Of a stretch of DNA of 32,000 nt, positions 15,598-24,524 are shown one piece after another. Source of the DNA: Candidatus Saccharimonadota bacterium (GTDB lineage: Bacteria > Patescibacteriota > Saccharimonadia > Saccharimonadales > Saccharimonadaceae). A program made the translations under genes and the position numbers. A model generated the notes under the pieces. The model saw nothing but the letters and a program-made list of their open reading frames with translations, did not search any database and was not told the DNA's origin. The DNA lies in contig CP060232.1 of NCBI GenBank assembly GCA_023898645.1, positions 1 to 32,000 of the forward strand, written 5' to 3'. The stretch's first letter is position 1; every line of letters begins with the position of its first letter.

Positions 15598-16784
15598 TGA
15601 CAAACGACGACAATATAGCAGTAAGAGTTTCTGGAGTTAGCAAAAGTTTTAAATTACCACTCGAAGCTCAAAACTCACTCAAAGGAAGGCTTATTAACTT
15701 CAATAAACGTGGCTATGAAGTACAACACGCATTAAAGGATGTATCGTTTGATGTAAAAAAGGGTGATTTCTTTGGAATTGTAGGTCGTAATGGCAGTGGA
15801 AAAAGTACCCTACTTAAGCTTATATCGGGTATATACAGTACGGATAAGGGTAGTATAGAAACGAATGGAAAACTGGTTCCTTTCATTGAGCTTGGCGTAG
15901 GATTTAACCCGGAATTATCTGGACGAGATAACGTTTACCTTAACGGTGCACTCCTAGGTTTTAATCGGAAAGAAATGGACGCAATGTATGACGATATTGT
16001 CGAATTTGCCGAATTAGGGCGTTTCATGGACCAGAAACTTAAGAACTATTCCAGTGGAATGCAAGTGCGATTGGCATTTTCTATCGCAATACGTGCAAAT
16101 ACTGACATTCTTGTTTTAGACGAGGTGCTTGCTGTTGGAGACGAGGCGTTCCAAAAAAAATGCATAGCTATTTTTGAAGAATATAAGGCTCGCAAACAAA
16201 CTATCATATTAGTGACACATGACATGGGGGTTGTTGAGAAGTTTTGCAATAGAGCTATTTTGATTGAAGATGGTGTAATAAAAAAAGAAGGCTCACCCAC
16301 ACAAGTTGCTCTTGCGTACCGTGACAGTAACAATGTTTCATATGCACGTGACATGGAGAGCTCTCAACAGCGAAAAACAGCTCGTATTGAGAGAAAGATA
16401 GATATAGAAATATTGTCAGCGAAGACCCATGAGAAACAAAATCGTTTCAATTATGGCAGTAAGATGATTGTAAGACTACGGTGGGATGACGCGCATGTAC
16501 ATTCCGCAGGGGTTGCTATCATGAAGCTTAGTGGTGAGAATATATTTGCACCTAACACGTATCAGGATAAGTTGAAGCTTAGTGATAGCACTCGTGAGAT
16601 TGAATATGAAGTAACACTCAATTTAGCTACAGGGGACTATTATATCAAGGCAGGATTATTTGGAAAAACAGACGAAATGATAATCGCCTTTGATGATGAG
16701 GGCCCTTCGTTTATAGTTGAACCAGAGGTTGGGGGTAAGCATTGGAATGGCCTTACAAAACTAGATTACAAGTGGAAGATATAA
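15597..16784 (+). CDS. wzt: Polysaccharide export ABC transporter ATP-binding protein with a C-terminal substrate-binding-type extension
   Basis: 395 aa. Walker A GRNGSGKST, signature YSSGMQVRLAF, Walker B ILVLDEVLAVGD. An extra ~140-aa beta-rich C-domain (..LNLATGDYYIKAGLF..) resembles Wzt C-terminal glycan-binding domains. TAATG start/stop overlap with wzm. Confidence 0.88.
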   Translation: MTNDDNIAVRVSGVSKSFKLPLEAQNSLKGRLINFNKRGYEVQHALKDVSFDVKKGDFFGIVGRNGSGKSTLLKLISGIYSTDKGSIETNGKLVPFIELGVGFNPELSGRDNVYLNGALLGFNRKEMDAMYDDIVEFAELGRFMDQKLKNYSSGMQVRLAFSIAIRANTDILVLDEVLAVGDEAFQKKCIAIFEEYKARKQTIILVTHDMGVVEKFCNRAILIEDGVIKKEGSPTQVALAYRDSNNVSYARDMESSQQRKTARIERKIDIEILSAKTHEKQNRFNYGSKMIVRLRWDDAHVHSAGVAIMKLSGENIFAPNTYQDKLKLSDSTREIEYEVTLNLATGDYYIKAGLFGKTDEMIIAFDDEGPSFIVEPEVGGKHWNGLTKLDYKWKI

Positions 16785-16849
16785 ACACGTAACCACTAGG
16801 CATGAAGTATAATAGTAGAAGTTAATGAGCAAGGATATAACATTTAAAC

Positions 16850-18106
16850 ATGCCTGATCGAAACACGCCAAAGAAATATCTTAATAAGTCTGTGCAAGTA
16901 CTTCGTGATGAGGGGGTATTATCGCTTGGTGTGAAGGGGCTACGAAAGATTGCTGATAAAATTGAGCAATCGAATAAGGGCTCGGCATTTATGAAAAGGA
17001 AGAAGTTTACATCGATTGTGGATCGACGCGATGTGATGCTTGCAGACTGGGTTGGATCACCGTATAAACCAAGCTTAGAACCAATTGACCCACTAAAGGT
17101 GACGAATTGGATTATCTCACCACCATCTGGTGGTGGCGGTCATCAGAATATGTTTCGTTTTATCGAACATTTGGACCGGAATGGTTTTCAAAACAATATT
17201 TATCTTTACTCAGCACTTGACCCGATGCCAATAACTGAGGCAAAATTGAATGTAGCTAAGTATGCGAAACTAAAAAATACAAATTTTTACAATTATAAAC
17301 GTGGGTCAAAAATGTCTGATGCAGATGTTGTATTTGCAACAGGCTGGGAGACGGCGTATCCGGTATTTAATGAAAAAACAACCGCAAAAAAGTTCTATTT
17401 TGTGCAAGATTTTGAGCCGTATTTTTACTCGATAGGTACGGAATATATACTAGCCGAGAACACATATAGATTTGGATTCCACGGTATCACTGCAGGTAAT
17501 TGGTTATCGACAAAACTGGCGGCAGACTATGGCATGAAGTGTGATTCATATGATTTTGGTGCCGATAAAGATGTGTATAAATTCAAAAACAACGACAAGC
17601 GCAAGGAGGTGTTCTTTTATGCCCGTCCCGTTACAGAGCGTCGTGCCTTTGATTTGGGCGTTATGACACTCGAAATTTTTCATAAACTTCATCCAGATTA
17701 CATAATAAATCTTGCGGGGTGGGATGTGTCTTTGTATGATATTCCATTTCCCTATGTAAATCACAAGGCGCTTAGAATCGAGCAACTGCCAGATTTGTAC
17801 AATAAATGTGCCGTCGGGCTTGTGTTATCACTTACTAATATGTCGCTACTGCCCCTTGAACTCATTTCATGTGGCGTCATTCCAGTAGTAAATGAAGGTG
17901 CTAATAATCATGAAGTAAGTAGTAACCCTTACATTTCCTACATAGATACTTCACCGGTAAGTTTAGCAAAGGCGATGTCAGATATTGTTACTCGCAAAGA
18001 TTCCTCCGAGTATGCGAAAAAGGCTTCCAGAAGTACTGCAGACGCGTCGTGGGAAGAGGCGAAGGAAAAGTTCATGGCCATTCTGGAGCGAGAAATCTAT
18101 GGCTAA
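16850..18106 (+). CDS. GT-B glycosyltransferase, WsaF-like (possible rhamnosyltransferase)
   Basis: 418 aa. N-domain SPPSGGGGHQNMFRFIEHL and FVQDFEPYFY resemble, from memory, the WsaF-family N-terminal domain. The C-half is Rossmann-like. The family assignment is not verified. Confidence 0.6.
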   Translation: MPDRNTPKKYLNKSVQVLRDEGVLSLGVKGLRKIADKIEQSNKGSAFMKRKKFTSIVDRRDVMLADWVGSPYKPSLEPIDPLKVTNWIISPPSGGGGHQNMFRFIEHLDRNGFQNNIYLYSALDPMPITEAKLNVAKYAKLKNTNFYNYKRGSKMSDADVVFATGWETAYPVFNEKTTAKKFYFVQDFEPYFYSIGTEYILAENTYRFGFHGITAGNWLSTKLAADYGMKCDSYDFGADKDVYKFKNNDKRKEVFFYARPVTERRAFDLGVMTLEIFHKLHPDYIINLAGWDVSLYDIPFPYVNHKALRIEQLPDLYNKCAVGLVLSLTNMSLLPLELISCGVIPVVNEGANNHEVSSNPYISYIDTSPVSLAKAMSDIVTRKDSSEYAKKASRSTADASWEEAKEKFMAILEREIYG

Positions 18107-19037
18107 GTGTCTCGTATTAGGTGCGAACGGTTTAATCGGCAGTTACATTGTCGATTCGCTCGTGGATGCGGGTCACGAAGTTAGGGCATTTGACCGATTT
18201 GGCGCTGATAAAGAGAATTATAAAGAGTCGGATAATGTAAGTCAGTTTACTGGAGATTTCCTTAATAGTAATGATTTAAAGATTGCGCTTGAAGGGATGG
18301 ACTATGTTTTTCACTTCATATCAACAACAACACCGATAACAGCAGAAAATGATCCAACAATAGACATTGAAACGAATATACGTATGAGTGTCGAACTATT
18401 TCAATTATGTGTAGAAAAGGGTATTAAAAGAATTATCTACCCTTCAACGGGCGGAGCAATTTATGGATTGTCACCAACGAGCACTGGTGTTCATAGTGAA
18501 GACGACCCGACTCTTCCAGTTTCCCCGTATGCAATTGGTAAGTTGACAATTGAAAATTATCTCCGATATTTTTATACAAAATATGGTCTGGACTATATTA
18601 CATTTCGTATATCAAATCCGTATGGAAATCGACAATCTCACCAAAGTAAACAAGGTGTGATTCCTATTTTTCTTGACAGGATAAGTAATAATCAGCCGAT
18701 TACGGTTTATGGTGACGGGTCTATGATTCGTGACTATATCTATGTTAAAGATGTCGCAGATATGATTGTGAATGCTTTCGATAAACAGCATAAACGCAAT
18801 ACATATAACATTGGCTATGGTAATGGGGCTTCGGTAAATGAAATCATTGACTGTATAGAAGAGGTGACGGGTATAAAGCCGAATATTAAACACGAAACCA
18901 AACCGGTGACATTCATCGACAAAGTAGTTCTCGACACGTCACGTTACATGTCGGAATTCCACATGGAGCCATCGACAAGTCTCCGTGATGGGATAGATGC
19001 GACATATAAAAGTATAACAAAGACACAACCGTCATGA
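18099..19037 (+). CDS. NAD-dependent nucleotide-sugar epimerase/dehydratase (extended SDR)
   Basis: Start taken at ATG 18099 (MAKCLVLGANGLIGSYIV, a GxxGxxG motif), with an 8-nt overlap on the upstream gene. Catalytic YxxxK at SPYAIGK. Confidence 0.85.
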   Translation: MAKCLVLGANGLIGSYIVDSLVDAGHEVRAFDRFGADKENYKESDNVSQFTGDFLNSNDLKIALEGMDYVFHFISTTTPITAENDPTIDIETNIRMSVELFQLCVEKGIKRIIYPSTGGAIYGLSPTSTGVHSEDDPTLPVSPYAIGKLTIENYLRYFYTKYGLDYITFRISNPYGNRQSHQSKQGVIPIFLDRISNNQPITVYGDGSMIRDYIYVKDVADMIVNAFDKQHKRNTYNIGYGNGASVNEIIDCIEEVTGIKPNIKHETKPVTFIDKVVLDTSRYMSEFHMEPSTSLRDGIDATYKSITKTQPS

Positions 19038-20023
19038 CGAAAGATGACATAAAAGCAACTATATTTATACCAACATGGTTTGGTGAACAGTACCTCGATG
19101 AGGTGCTAGGCGCTATTTTTAAACAAAAAGTACCGTATAAATTTGAAGTCCTCATATATGATACGAGTAGTACTGATAAAACTCCTGAAATTATCGCGAA
19201 ATATGCAAAGCAACACGACAATTTACGCCACAAAACCATCTCGAAGTCTGAGTTTGGTCATGGTAAAACGCGTAATGTCGCCGCACATGATGCGAAAGGT
19301 GAAATAGTTGTGTATATAAGTCAAGACGTTACACCAGCGCATGATTATTGGCTTTATGAAATGGTAAAACCTTTTGAACTCAGTGAGCGTATTGTGGGTG
19401 TTATTGGTAAACAGGTGCCAAGGCCACATAGTTTTCCACTACTTAAATCGGAGATAAAATCCGTGTTTAATGGTTTTGGTCCTGATTTTGGCACAACACT
19501 GTTCTACAAAGATGAATTTGTAAAAGATCAGGGTATATATGACGCAATTTCTTTTTACTCTGACGTGAACTCAGCTGCACGTCGCAATATCCTTGTAGGT
19601 AAAATATCATATCAAGATGTTCCATACGCAGAAGATCAGTTACTTGGTAGAGATTTTATTGATGCTGGGTATATTAAAGCCTATGCACCACGCGGTACCG
19701 TTATTCATTCGAACGATATGACTATTAGTGAATATAAACATCGTATGTTTGATGAGACATTAGGGCTTCGCAAGATTGGTTTGCCCGTGGAGGTGCCTTC
19801 TCGAAAAGTTGTCGCAAAGATGATAGTAAGGGGTATCGTTCGTGATACGCTTAGAATTCCACGTGACGAACACTATTCATTTAAGAGGAAAATATACTGG
19901 ATTGTAGTAAATCCACTCTATCATATACAAAAATGGCGAGGCGTGAGATTAGGGGCAAGGGTAGATATTAATGATTCATCTATACTTAAAAAATACTCTT
20001 TAGAACACAGACGTAGTCAATAG
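19034..20023 (+). CDS. GT2 (GT-A fold) glycosyltransferase
   Basis: 329 aa. IFIPTWFGEQYLDEVLGAIFKQ, IYDTSSTDKT and YISQDVTP (DxD-like). ATGA overlap with the epimerase gene. Confidence 0.75.
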   Translation: MTKDDIKATIFIPTWFGEQYLDEVLGAIFKQKVPYKFEVLIYDTSSTDKTPEIIAKYAKQHDNLRHKTISKSEFGHGKTRNVAAHDAKGEIVVYISQDVTPAHDYWLYEMVKPFELSERIVGVIGKQVPRPHSFPLLKSEIKSVFNGFGPDFGTTLFYKDEFVKDQGIYDAISFYSDVNSAARRNILVGKISYQDVPYAEDQLLGRDFIDAGYIKAYAPRGTVIHSNDMTISEYKHRMFDETLGLRKIGLPVEVPSRKVVAKMIVRGIVRDTLRIPRDEHYSFKRKIYWIVVNPLYHIQKWRGVRLGARVDINDSSILKKYSLEHRRSQ

Positions 20024-20040
20024 ACGATGTAAAACTCTTA

Positions 20041-20049
20041 TGGTATAGT
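20041..20049 (+). promoter_or_regulatory. Possible extended -10 element (TGGTATAGT)
   Basis: TGnTATAGT ends 13 nt before the TTG at 20063 and 22 nt before the ATG at 20072. Confidence 0.3.
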
Positions 20050-20062
20050 AAGAGGGGTTATA

Positions 20063-20635
20063 TTGCATATTATGAAAATAAATAGAGTGTCGCAAAGAAA
20101 AAGAACCACGGTCGTGCTAATACTGTTAGTAGTGGGCATTGTTGCTGGTGCGTACTATTTCTATATCAAAACTCCAAGTGACAACACGACTAAAAAGTCG
20201 AATACTAGTAGTACGATTAATTACAACCAGGCGTCGGATGATCAAAAAAAAGCCGGCGAAAGCATTAAAAAGACTAATGTAGATGCGAGTCAGAGTGAAT
20301 CCCCATCGCCAAACCCGCAAGCAGCAGGGACCTCTAGCTCGAGTAAAAGTGAAGTAGCCGTCACCATAACAAGCCCTGACACTGAAAATGCAAATGTACT
20401 CACAGTCAATGCCTATATAAACAAAGCCGTCAGCACGGGTACTTGTACGCTTAAACTGACGAAACCAGGTAGTCAGACGATTACGCAGTACACAGAAGTT
20501 CAGGCTCAGGCGAGTATATCAGCCTGTAAAGGATTTACTGTAAGCGATGCCACAAAAGGTACGTGGACTGCGACGGTTTCTTTTGAAAACGATATGTACG
20601 TCGGAACAATAACGAAAAAGATAACGCTACAGTAA
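20063..20635 (+). CDS. Membrane-anchored Ser/Thr-rich surface protein (hypothetical)
   Basis: 190 aa. TM anchor VVLILLVVGIVAGAYYFYI, an S/T/N-rich linker (TPSDNTTKKSNTSSTINYN..SPSPNPQAAGTSSSSKSE), then a ~100-aa beta-rich domain with two Cys. The start is either TTG 20063 or ATG 20072. Confidence 0.7.
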   Translation: MHIMKINRVSQRKRTTVVLILLVVGIVAGAYYFYIKTPSDNTTKKSNTSSTINYNQASDDQKKAGESIKKTNVDASQSESPSPNPQAAGTSSSSKSEVAVTITSPDTENANVLTVNAYINKAVSTGTCTLKLTKPGSQTITQYTEVQAQASISACKGFTVSDATKGTWTATVSFENDMYVGTITKKITLQ

Positions 20636-20639
20636 TATT

Positions 20640-23000
20640 ATGAGTCATTTATTATTGAAATTAGTAAACAAAACCTTGGCCCTAGTAGGCTTAGTAAGTC
20701 TTCTTTCTGTGAGTACTTTCCAGATTGCGGGAGCGTCGACGGTTGTTGGTTTTATACCGGGTAATATCATTGATGATGCAACGTTTACCAATACCTCTAC
20801 AATGGACGCGAATCAGATACAGGCATTTCTTAGCTCTAAAGTGCCTAGTTGTGACACGAACGGTGTACAGAACCTTGATGCTGGTTTTAGTGCTGCTGGT
20901 GTGCCGGACTATAACGGAAATGGAAGTATTCAACGATGGGAATGGGGTAAGTATCATTACAATCAGGTAACATTTCCATGCCTTAGGGATTATATCGATA
21001 ATGGTCACTCGGCTGCGCAGATTATTAGAAGTGCAGCAGTCCAATACAACATCAATCCTGAAGTACTCATAGTGTTACTTCAAAAAGAACAGGGTCTTGT
21101 CACGGATACATGGCCCCTTTCTACACAATATAAAACAGCAACTGGCTATGCTTGTCCTGATAGTGGTACATGTGACTCATTGTATTACGGACTAACAAAC
21201 CAGGTAGATAACGCTGCTAATATGTACCATCAAATTATGATTGCAAATCCTAGCTGGATAACACCCTATGTGGTCGGAAGCAATTCGGTTAAATGGAATC
21301 CAAATACTTCATGTGGCAGTAGCTCTGTATTTATTGAGAATAGAGCAACTCAAGCACTATATAACTACACTCCATACCGACCAAACCAAGCGGCACTAAA
21401 TGCTGGTTATAGTAATGGGGATTCGTGTAGCTCGTATGGCAACAGAAACTTCTACTTATATTTTAGTGACTGGTTTGGGCCTACACACGAAGGAAGCTTA
21501 GTTCGATCAACAACGAGTGCACAGGTATATATTGTGTCTGGCGACAACAAGTACCCTGTTAACGCTATGGCTGTATTGAATGTATTTAGTAAATTGGGTC
21601 CATTATGGTATGCGACCGACAGTTACATTAATAGTTTAACAACTGGTCCAGCGGCGTCTCCACTCATAAAAGAGGATAGTGGAAGTACACTCTACTTTGT
21701 AAACGCCAGTATTAAACTACCATTCACTAACTGTACGGTAGCATCTGACTACGCTACCCCCTGTGGTAGTGAAATCACACTCTCACCAACCCAGATGAGT
21801 AAGTTTGTTACCGGTCCAAACATGACAAACTTTTACCAGACGACAACAGGCTATAGCTACTACATAGTAGAAGGTAAAAAAAGAGAAGTTTTCGATAATC
21901 AGTCTGCGATTACTGCCGGACTTACACCAGTGTACAATAGGTTATTAGACAGTGGTATATCTGGACTGCCGGACGACATTCCTGTTATTCGAGACAACGT
22001 AGTAGTGACTAATCGCACCACAGGAAAAAACTACCTGTATCAAAGCGGGAAGGTGACATATCTACCATCAGACATATTGAGCCTCCGTGCTTTTTCAACA
22101 CTACCGCGACAGCCACTAAATGATTCGAGTATAAGTATAGAAACTGACAACGGTACAGTTAGTGGGTTTATACAAGACAGTAGTAGCAATAAGTATATCC
22201 TGGATGCTAATGGCAAGACACAGCTTACAAACCCAGCTGAATGGTCGTCTACCTATACAACCCTTGACGATGCCTTTATTTCTACTATTCCAAATAGCTC
22301 TCAACCAACAAACAGTCAGTTTGTTAAGGGTGGGTCTAGCAAGACAATTTATTACGTAACCGGTGTTAAGAAGTACTCAATTTCCAGTTGGGGTGATTTC
22401 ATTAAATTACATTCTGACAAGTCAACAAAACTCTCTACGGTGTCTGGCACGACAATGAACACAATTCAGAGCGGGTCAAATATATATGCTCCTGGTAGCC
22501 TTATCAAGTCTAGTAATAGTGCTTCAGTGTATGTAGTAGATGGAGTGCTTCACAAAATCGCACTAGGATCATTTGCGGTCAGTAGTGACCTTGGTCTTTC
22601 TGGGGTAAGGACGGTTTCGGTAAATGACCTAAGTTCATATACTAACGACAGCGGTGTTATTAACAACCTTGTTTCTTGCGGAGGCAAAAAATATCTTGCG
22701 AACAATGGCAAGCTCTACGAAGTTGATTCCACGGCGGAAACGATGTACGGATACTCACAATCAGCGGGAAGTACTTGGGATAGTCTTGGCTGTACGAACC
22801 TGTCGATTGCGCCAAACGCTTTGTCGACGTATTCATTTATCAAGTCTAGTGGTTCAAAAACAATTTACTATGTTGATTCTGGAGAAAAACATACAGTGGG
22901 TTCTATGGCTCGATATACGACTCTTGGCGGGGGCTCCTCAAACCTATTAATCGTATCGGGTAACGTCCTAAATACGATACCAGTTGGCCCGACAGCGTAG
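20640..23000 (+). CDS. Large secreted repeat protein: conserved Cys-containing N-domain with a lysozyme-like motif plus nine tandem ~55-aa repeats
   Basis: 786 aa. Signal-like N-terminus (ALVGLVSLLSVSTFQIAGAST). N-domain motifs MDANQIQAFLSSKVPSCD and AAQIIRSAAVQYNINPEVLIVLLQKEQGLVTD. The C-terminal 500 aa are repetitive. Function unknown. Confidence 0.85.
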   Translation: MSHLLLKLVNKTLALVGLVSLLSVSTFQIAGASTVVGFIPGNIIDDATFTNTSTMDANQIQAFLSSKVPSCDTNGVQNLDAGFSAAGVPDYNGNGSIQRWEWGKYHYNQVTFPCLRDYIDNGHSAAQIIRSAAVQYNINPEVLIVLLQKEQGLVTDTWPLSTQYKTATGYACPDSGTCDSLYYGLTNQVDNAANMYHQIMIANPSWITPYVVGSNSVKWNPNTSCGSSSVFIENRATQALYNYTPYRPNQAALNAGYSNGDSCSSYGNRNFYLYFSDWFGPTHEGSLVRSTTSAQVYIVSGDNKYPVNAMAVLNVFSKLGPLWYATDSYINSLTTGPAASPLIKEDSGSTLYFVNASIKLPFTNCTVASDYATPCGSEITLSPTQMSKFVTGPNMTNFYQTTTGYSYYIVEGKKREVFDNQSAITAGLTPVYNRLLDSGISGLPDDIPVIRDNVVVTNRTTGKNYLYQSGKVTYLPSDILSLRAFSTLPRQPLNDSSISIETDNGTVSGFIQDSSSNKYILDANGKTQLTNPAEWSSTYTTLDDAFISTIPNSSQPTNSQFVKGGSSKTIYYVTGVKKYSISSWGDFIKLHSDKSTKLSTVSGTTMNTIQSGSNIYAPGSLIKSSNSASVYVVDGVLHKIALGSFAVSSDLGLSGVRTVSVNDLSSYTNDSGVINNLVSCGGKKYLANNGKLYEVDSTAETMYGYSQSAGSTWDSLGCTNLSIAPNALSTYSFIKSSGSKTIYYVDSGEKHTVGSMARYTTLGGGSSNLLIVSGNVLNTIPVGPTA
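21498..23000 (+). repeat. Nine degenerate tandem protein-level repeats (period about 55 aa) inside the 786-aa gene
   Basis: The core pattern [LI][IV][KR]xxxSxx[VLI]Y[YFI]Vxx(G)xK recurs at aa 287, 342, 398, 454, 509, 560, 621, 675 and 732. Examples: SAQVYIVSGDNKYPV, GSTLYFVNASIKLPF, SKTIYYVTGVKKYSI, SASVYVVDGVLHKIA, SKTIYYVDSGEKHTV. Confidence 0.6.
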
Positions 23001-23020
23001 CGAGAAAAGACCCGCAAGGG

Positions 23021-23029
23021 TGTTATAAT
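23021..23029 (+). promoter_or_regulatory. Candidate extended -10 promoter element (TGTTATAAT) for the GT-C gene
   Basis: A perfect TGnTATAAT ends exactly 13 nt before the ATG at 23043, with no SD in between. The paralogue at 30877-30885 has the same geometry. Confidence 0.4.
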
Positions 23030-23042
23030 AAATGCAATAATC

Positions 23043-24524
23043 ATGCATTGGAATTGGGAATATATCCAGAATCTTATCGTTAAGAAGCTTAGTAGTCGCG
23101 GCTTCTTGATTTTTGTTATCGCATTGTTTGTAATACAAGCACTTTGGATTGCTCTCAGCTATCGTTTCCCAATGCTCTACGACGAAGCCTACCATATATA
23201 TGGGATTGACCTTTTTAGTAAGCAGTTATCCCCATTAATTATGAGTCAACCAAGTTCATACGATGTGTACGGTGCATTTGGTCACGGTGGAGCAACTCTG
23301 TTTCATTATCTACTTAGTTTTCCGTATCGTTTCATATCACTATTCACAAGTAACTTAGCGGTGCATGTCATCGCGATGAGAGTTATTAATATTATAATGG
23401 CGGCAACCGGTGTTTATCTCTACGCTAAGCTATTTAGTAGGCTTAGGGTGAAGGCGATCTATACCAATATATCGCTTCTGATCTTTACACTAATTCCAAT
23501 TACAACTTTTGTTGCAGCAACAACGAATTATGATAATCTACTTTTTCCATTAACTGCGCTTTACCTAATATGGTGCGTAGATATACTTCAAAGTAAAAAT
23601 ATAAGAACCAACGACTACCTACAGCTCTTTTTACTTGGTTGTGTAACATCTCTAGTGAAGTCTACCTTTTTGCCAGTGTTTGCAGCTAGTGTCGTATTTC
23701 TCGGGGTTTATTTGTACAGAAAAAATCGTAAAAAATTTATTTCGAAAGTCATTGAATCATTCAAGAAAAACTCAAAAAAACAGATGTATATAATTGCATC
23801 TCTGACAATAATTATTATTGGCTTATTTTCTTCGGTTTATTTCTATAATTTTGTTGCATACAAGACCCTTCAGCCTGGATGCAATCAGGTTATTGGCAAG
23901 GTACGATGTAGTAAGAACTACCTAGGTGTACGTGATGAGATTACGCGAGAAACAAAAGGCACACGTTCCGAGATTACAACCGCAGACTATATCTCACTGT
24001 GGACTATGCAGATGGTTAACTGGTCTGCTATGACGGGCGCACACACGACCGACAAGGGTGTTGTTGTCGCGAAGCCAATTCCGGCCATGTATAGTACTAT
24101 TTTCATTGCCGGTGTTCTTGGAATTAGCTTACTCTTATATGCATGGAGAAGTCTCGACAAAAACATCAGTTGGTATTTCCTTGTGATGATAATGGTATCA
24201 TTGACTATTACGGTTTTTATACAAAACTACCATGTTTATTTAGACCTACGAGAGCCATACGCTATACAACCGAGGTATTTATTAACTATTGTACCTATTG
24301 CTATTATTATGTCAGTGGCCGCTGGTGGCTTAATAATTAGAAAAGTGAAGCCAGTATATAAGCTGCTATTTGTCGCGATATTTTTTGCTCTTTTGACCCA
24401 GGGCGGCGGAGTAACGACGGATATTCTTTTAAGCAAGGATTCATGGTATTGGAATAGTGAGATAGTACACAAACTAAACCACGGGGCTAAAAAAATACTT
24501 AATCCACTCGTGAAAGGCGCATAA
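23043..24524 (+). CDS. Polytopic GT-C fold glycosyltransferase-like membrane protein (PMT/ArnT-like)
   Basis: 493 aa with at least 10 hydrophobic helices. YDEAYH follows directly after TM1, comparable to the DE motif in loop 1 of GT39/GT83 enzymes. A large loop carries CX8C (PGCNQVIGKVRCS). A paralogue lies at 30899. Confidence 0.75.
   Translation: MHWNWEYIQNLIVKKLSSRGFLIFVIALFVIQALWIALSYRFPMLYDEAYHIYGIDLFSKQLSPLIMSQPSSYDVYGAFGHGGATLFHYLLSFPYRFISLFTSNLAVHVIAMRVINIIMAATGVYLYAKLFSRLRVKAIYTNISLLIFTLIPITTFVAATTNYDNLLFPLTALYLIWCVDILQSKNIRTNDYLQLFLLGCVTSLVKSTFLPVFAASVVFLGVYLYRKNRKKFISKVIESFKKNSKKQMYIIASLTIIIIGLFSSVYFYNFVAYKTLQPGCNQVIGKVRCSKNYLGVRDEITRETKGTRSEITTADYISLWTMQMVNWSAMTGAHTTDKGVVVAKPIPAMYSTIFIAGVLGISLLLYAWRSLDKNISWYFLVMIMVSLTITVFIQNYHVYLDLREPYAIQPRYLLTIVPIAIIMSVAAGGLIIRKVKPVYKLLFVAIFFALLTQGGGVTTDILLSKDSWYWNSEIVHKLNHGAKKILNPLVKGA

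Noticed and set aside
17985-18098. Upstream extension of the epimerase ORF (MLLAKIPPSMRKRL...).
   Set aside because: It overlaps the 3' end of the preceding glycosyltransferase. The Rossmann GxxGxxG motif begins right after Met 18099, as expected for the true N-terminus.
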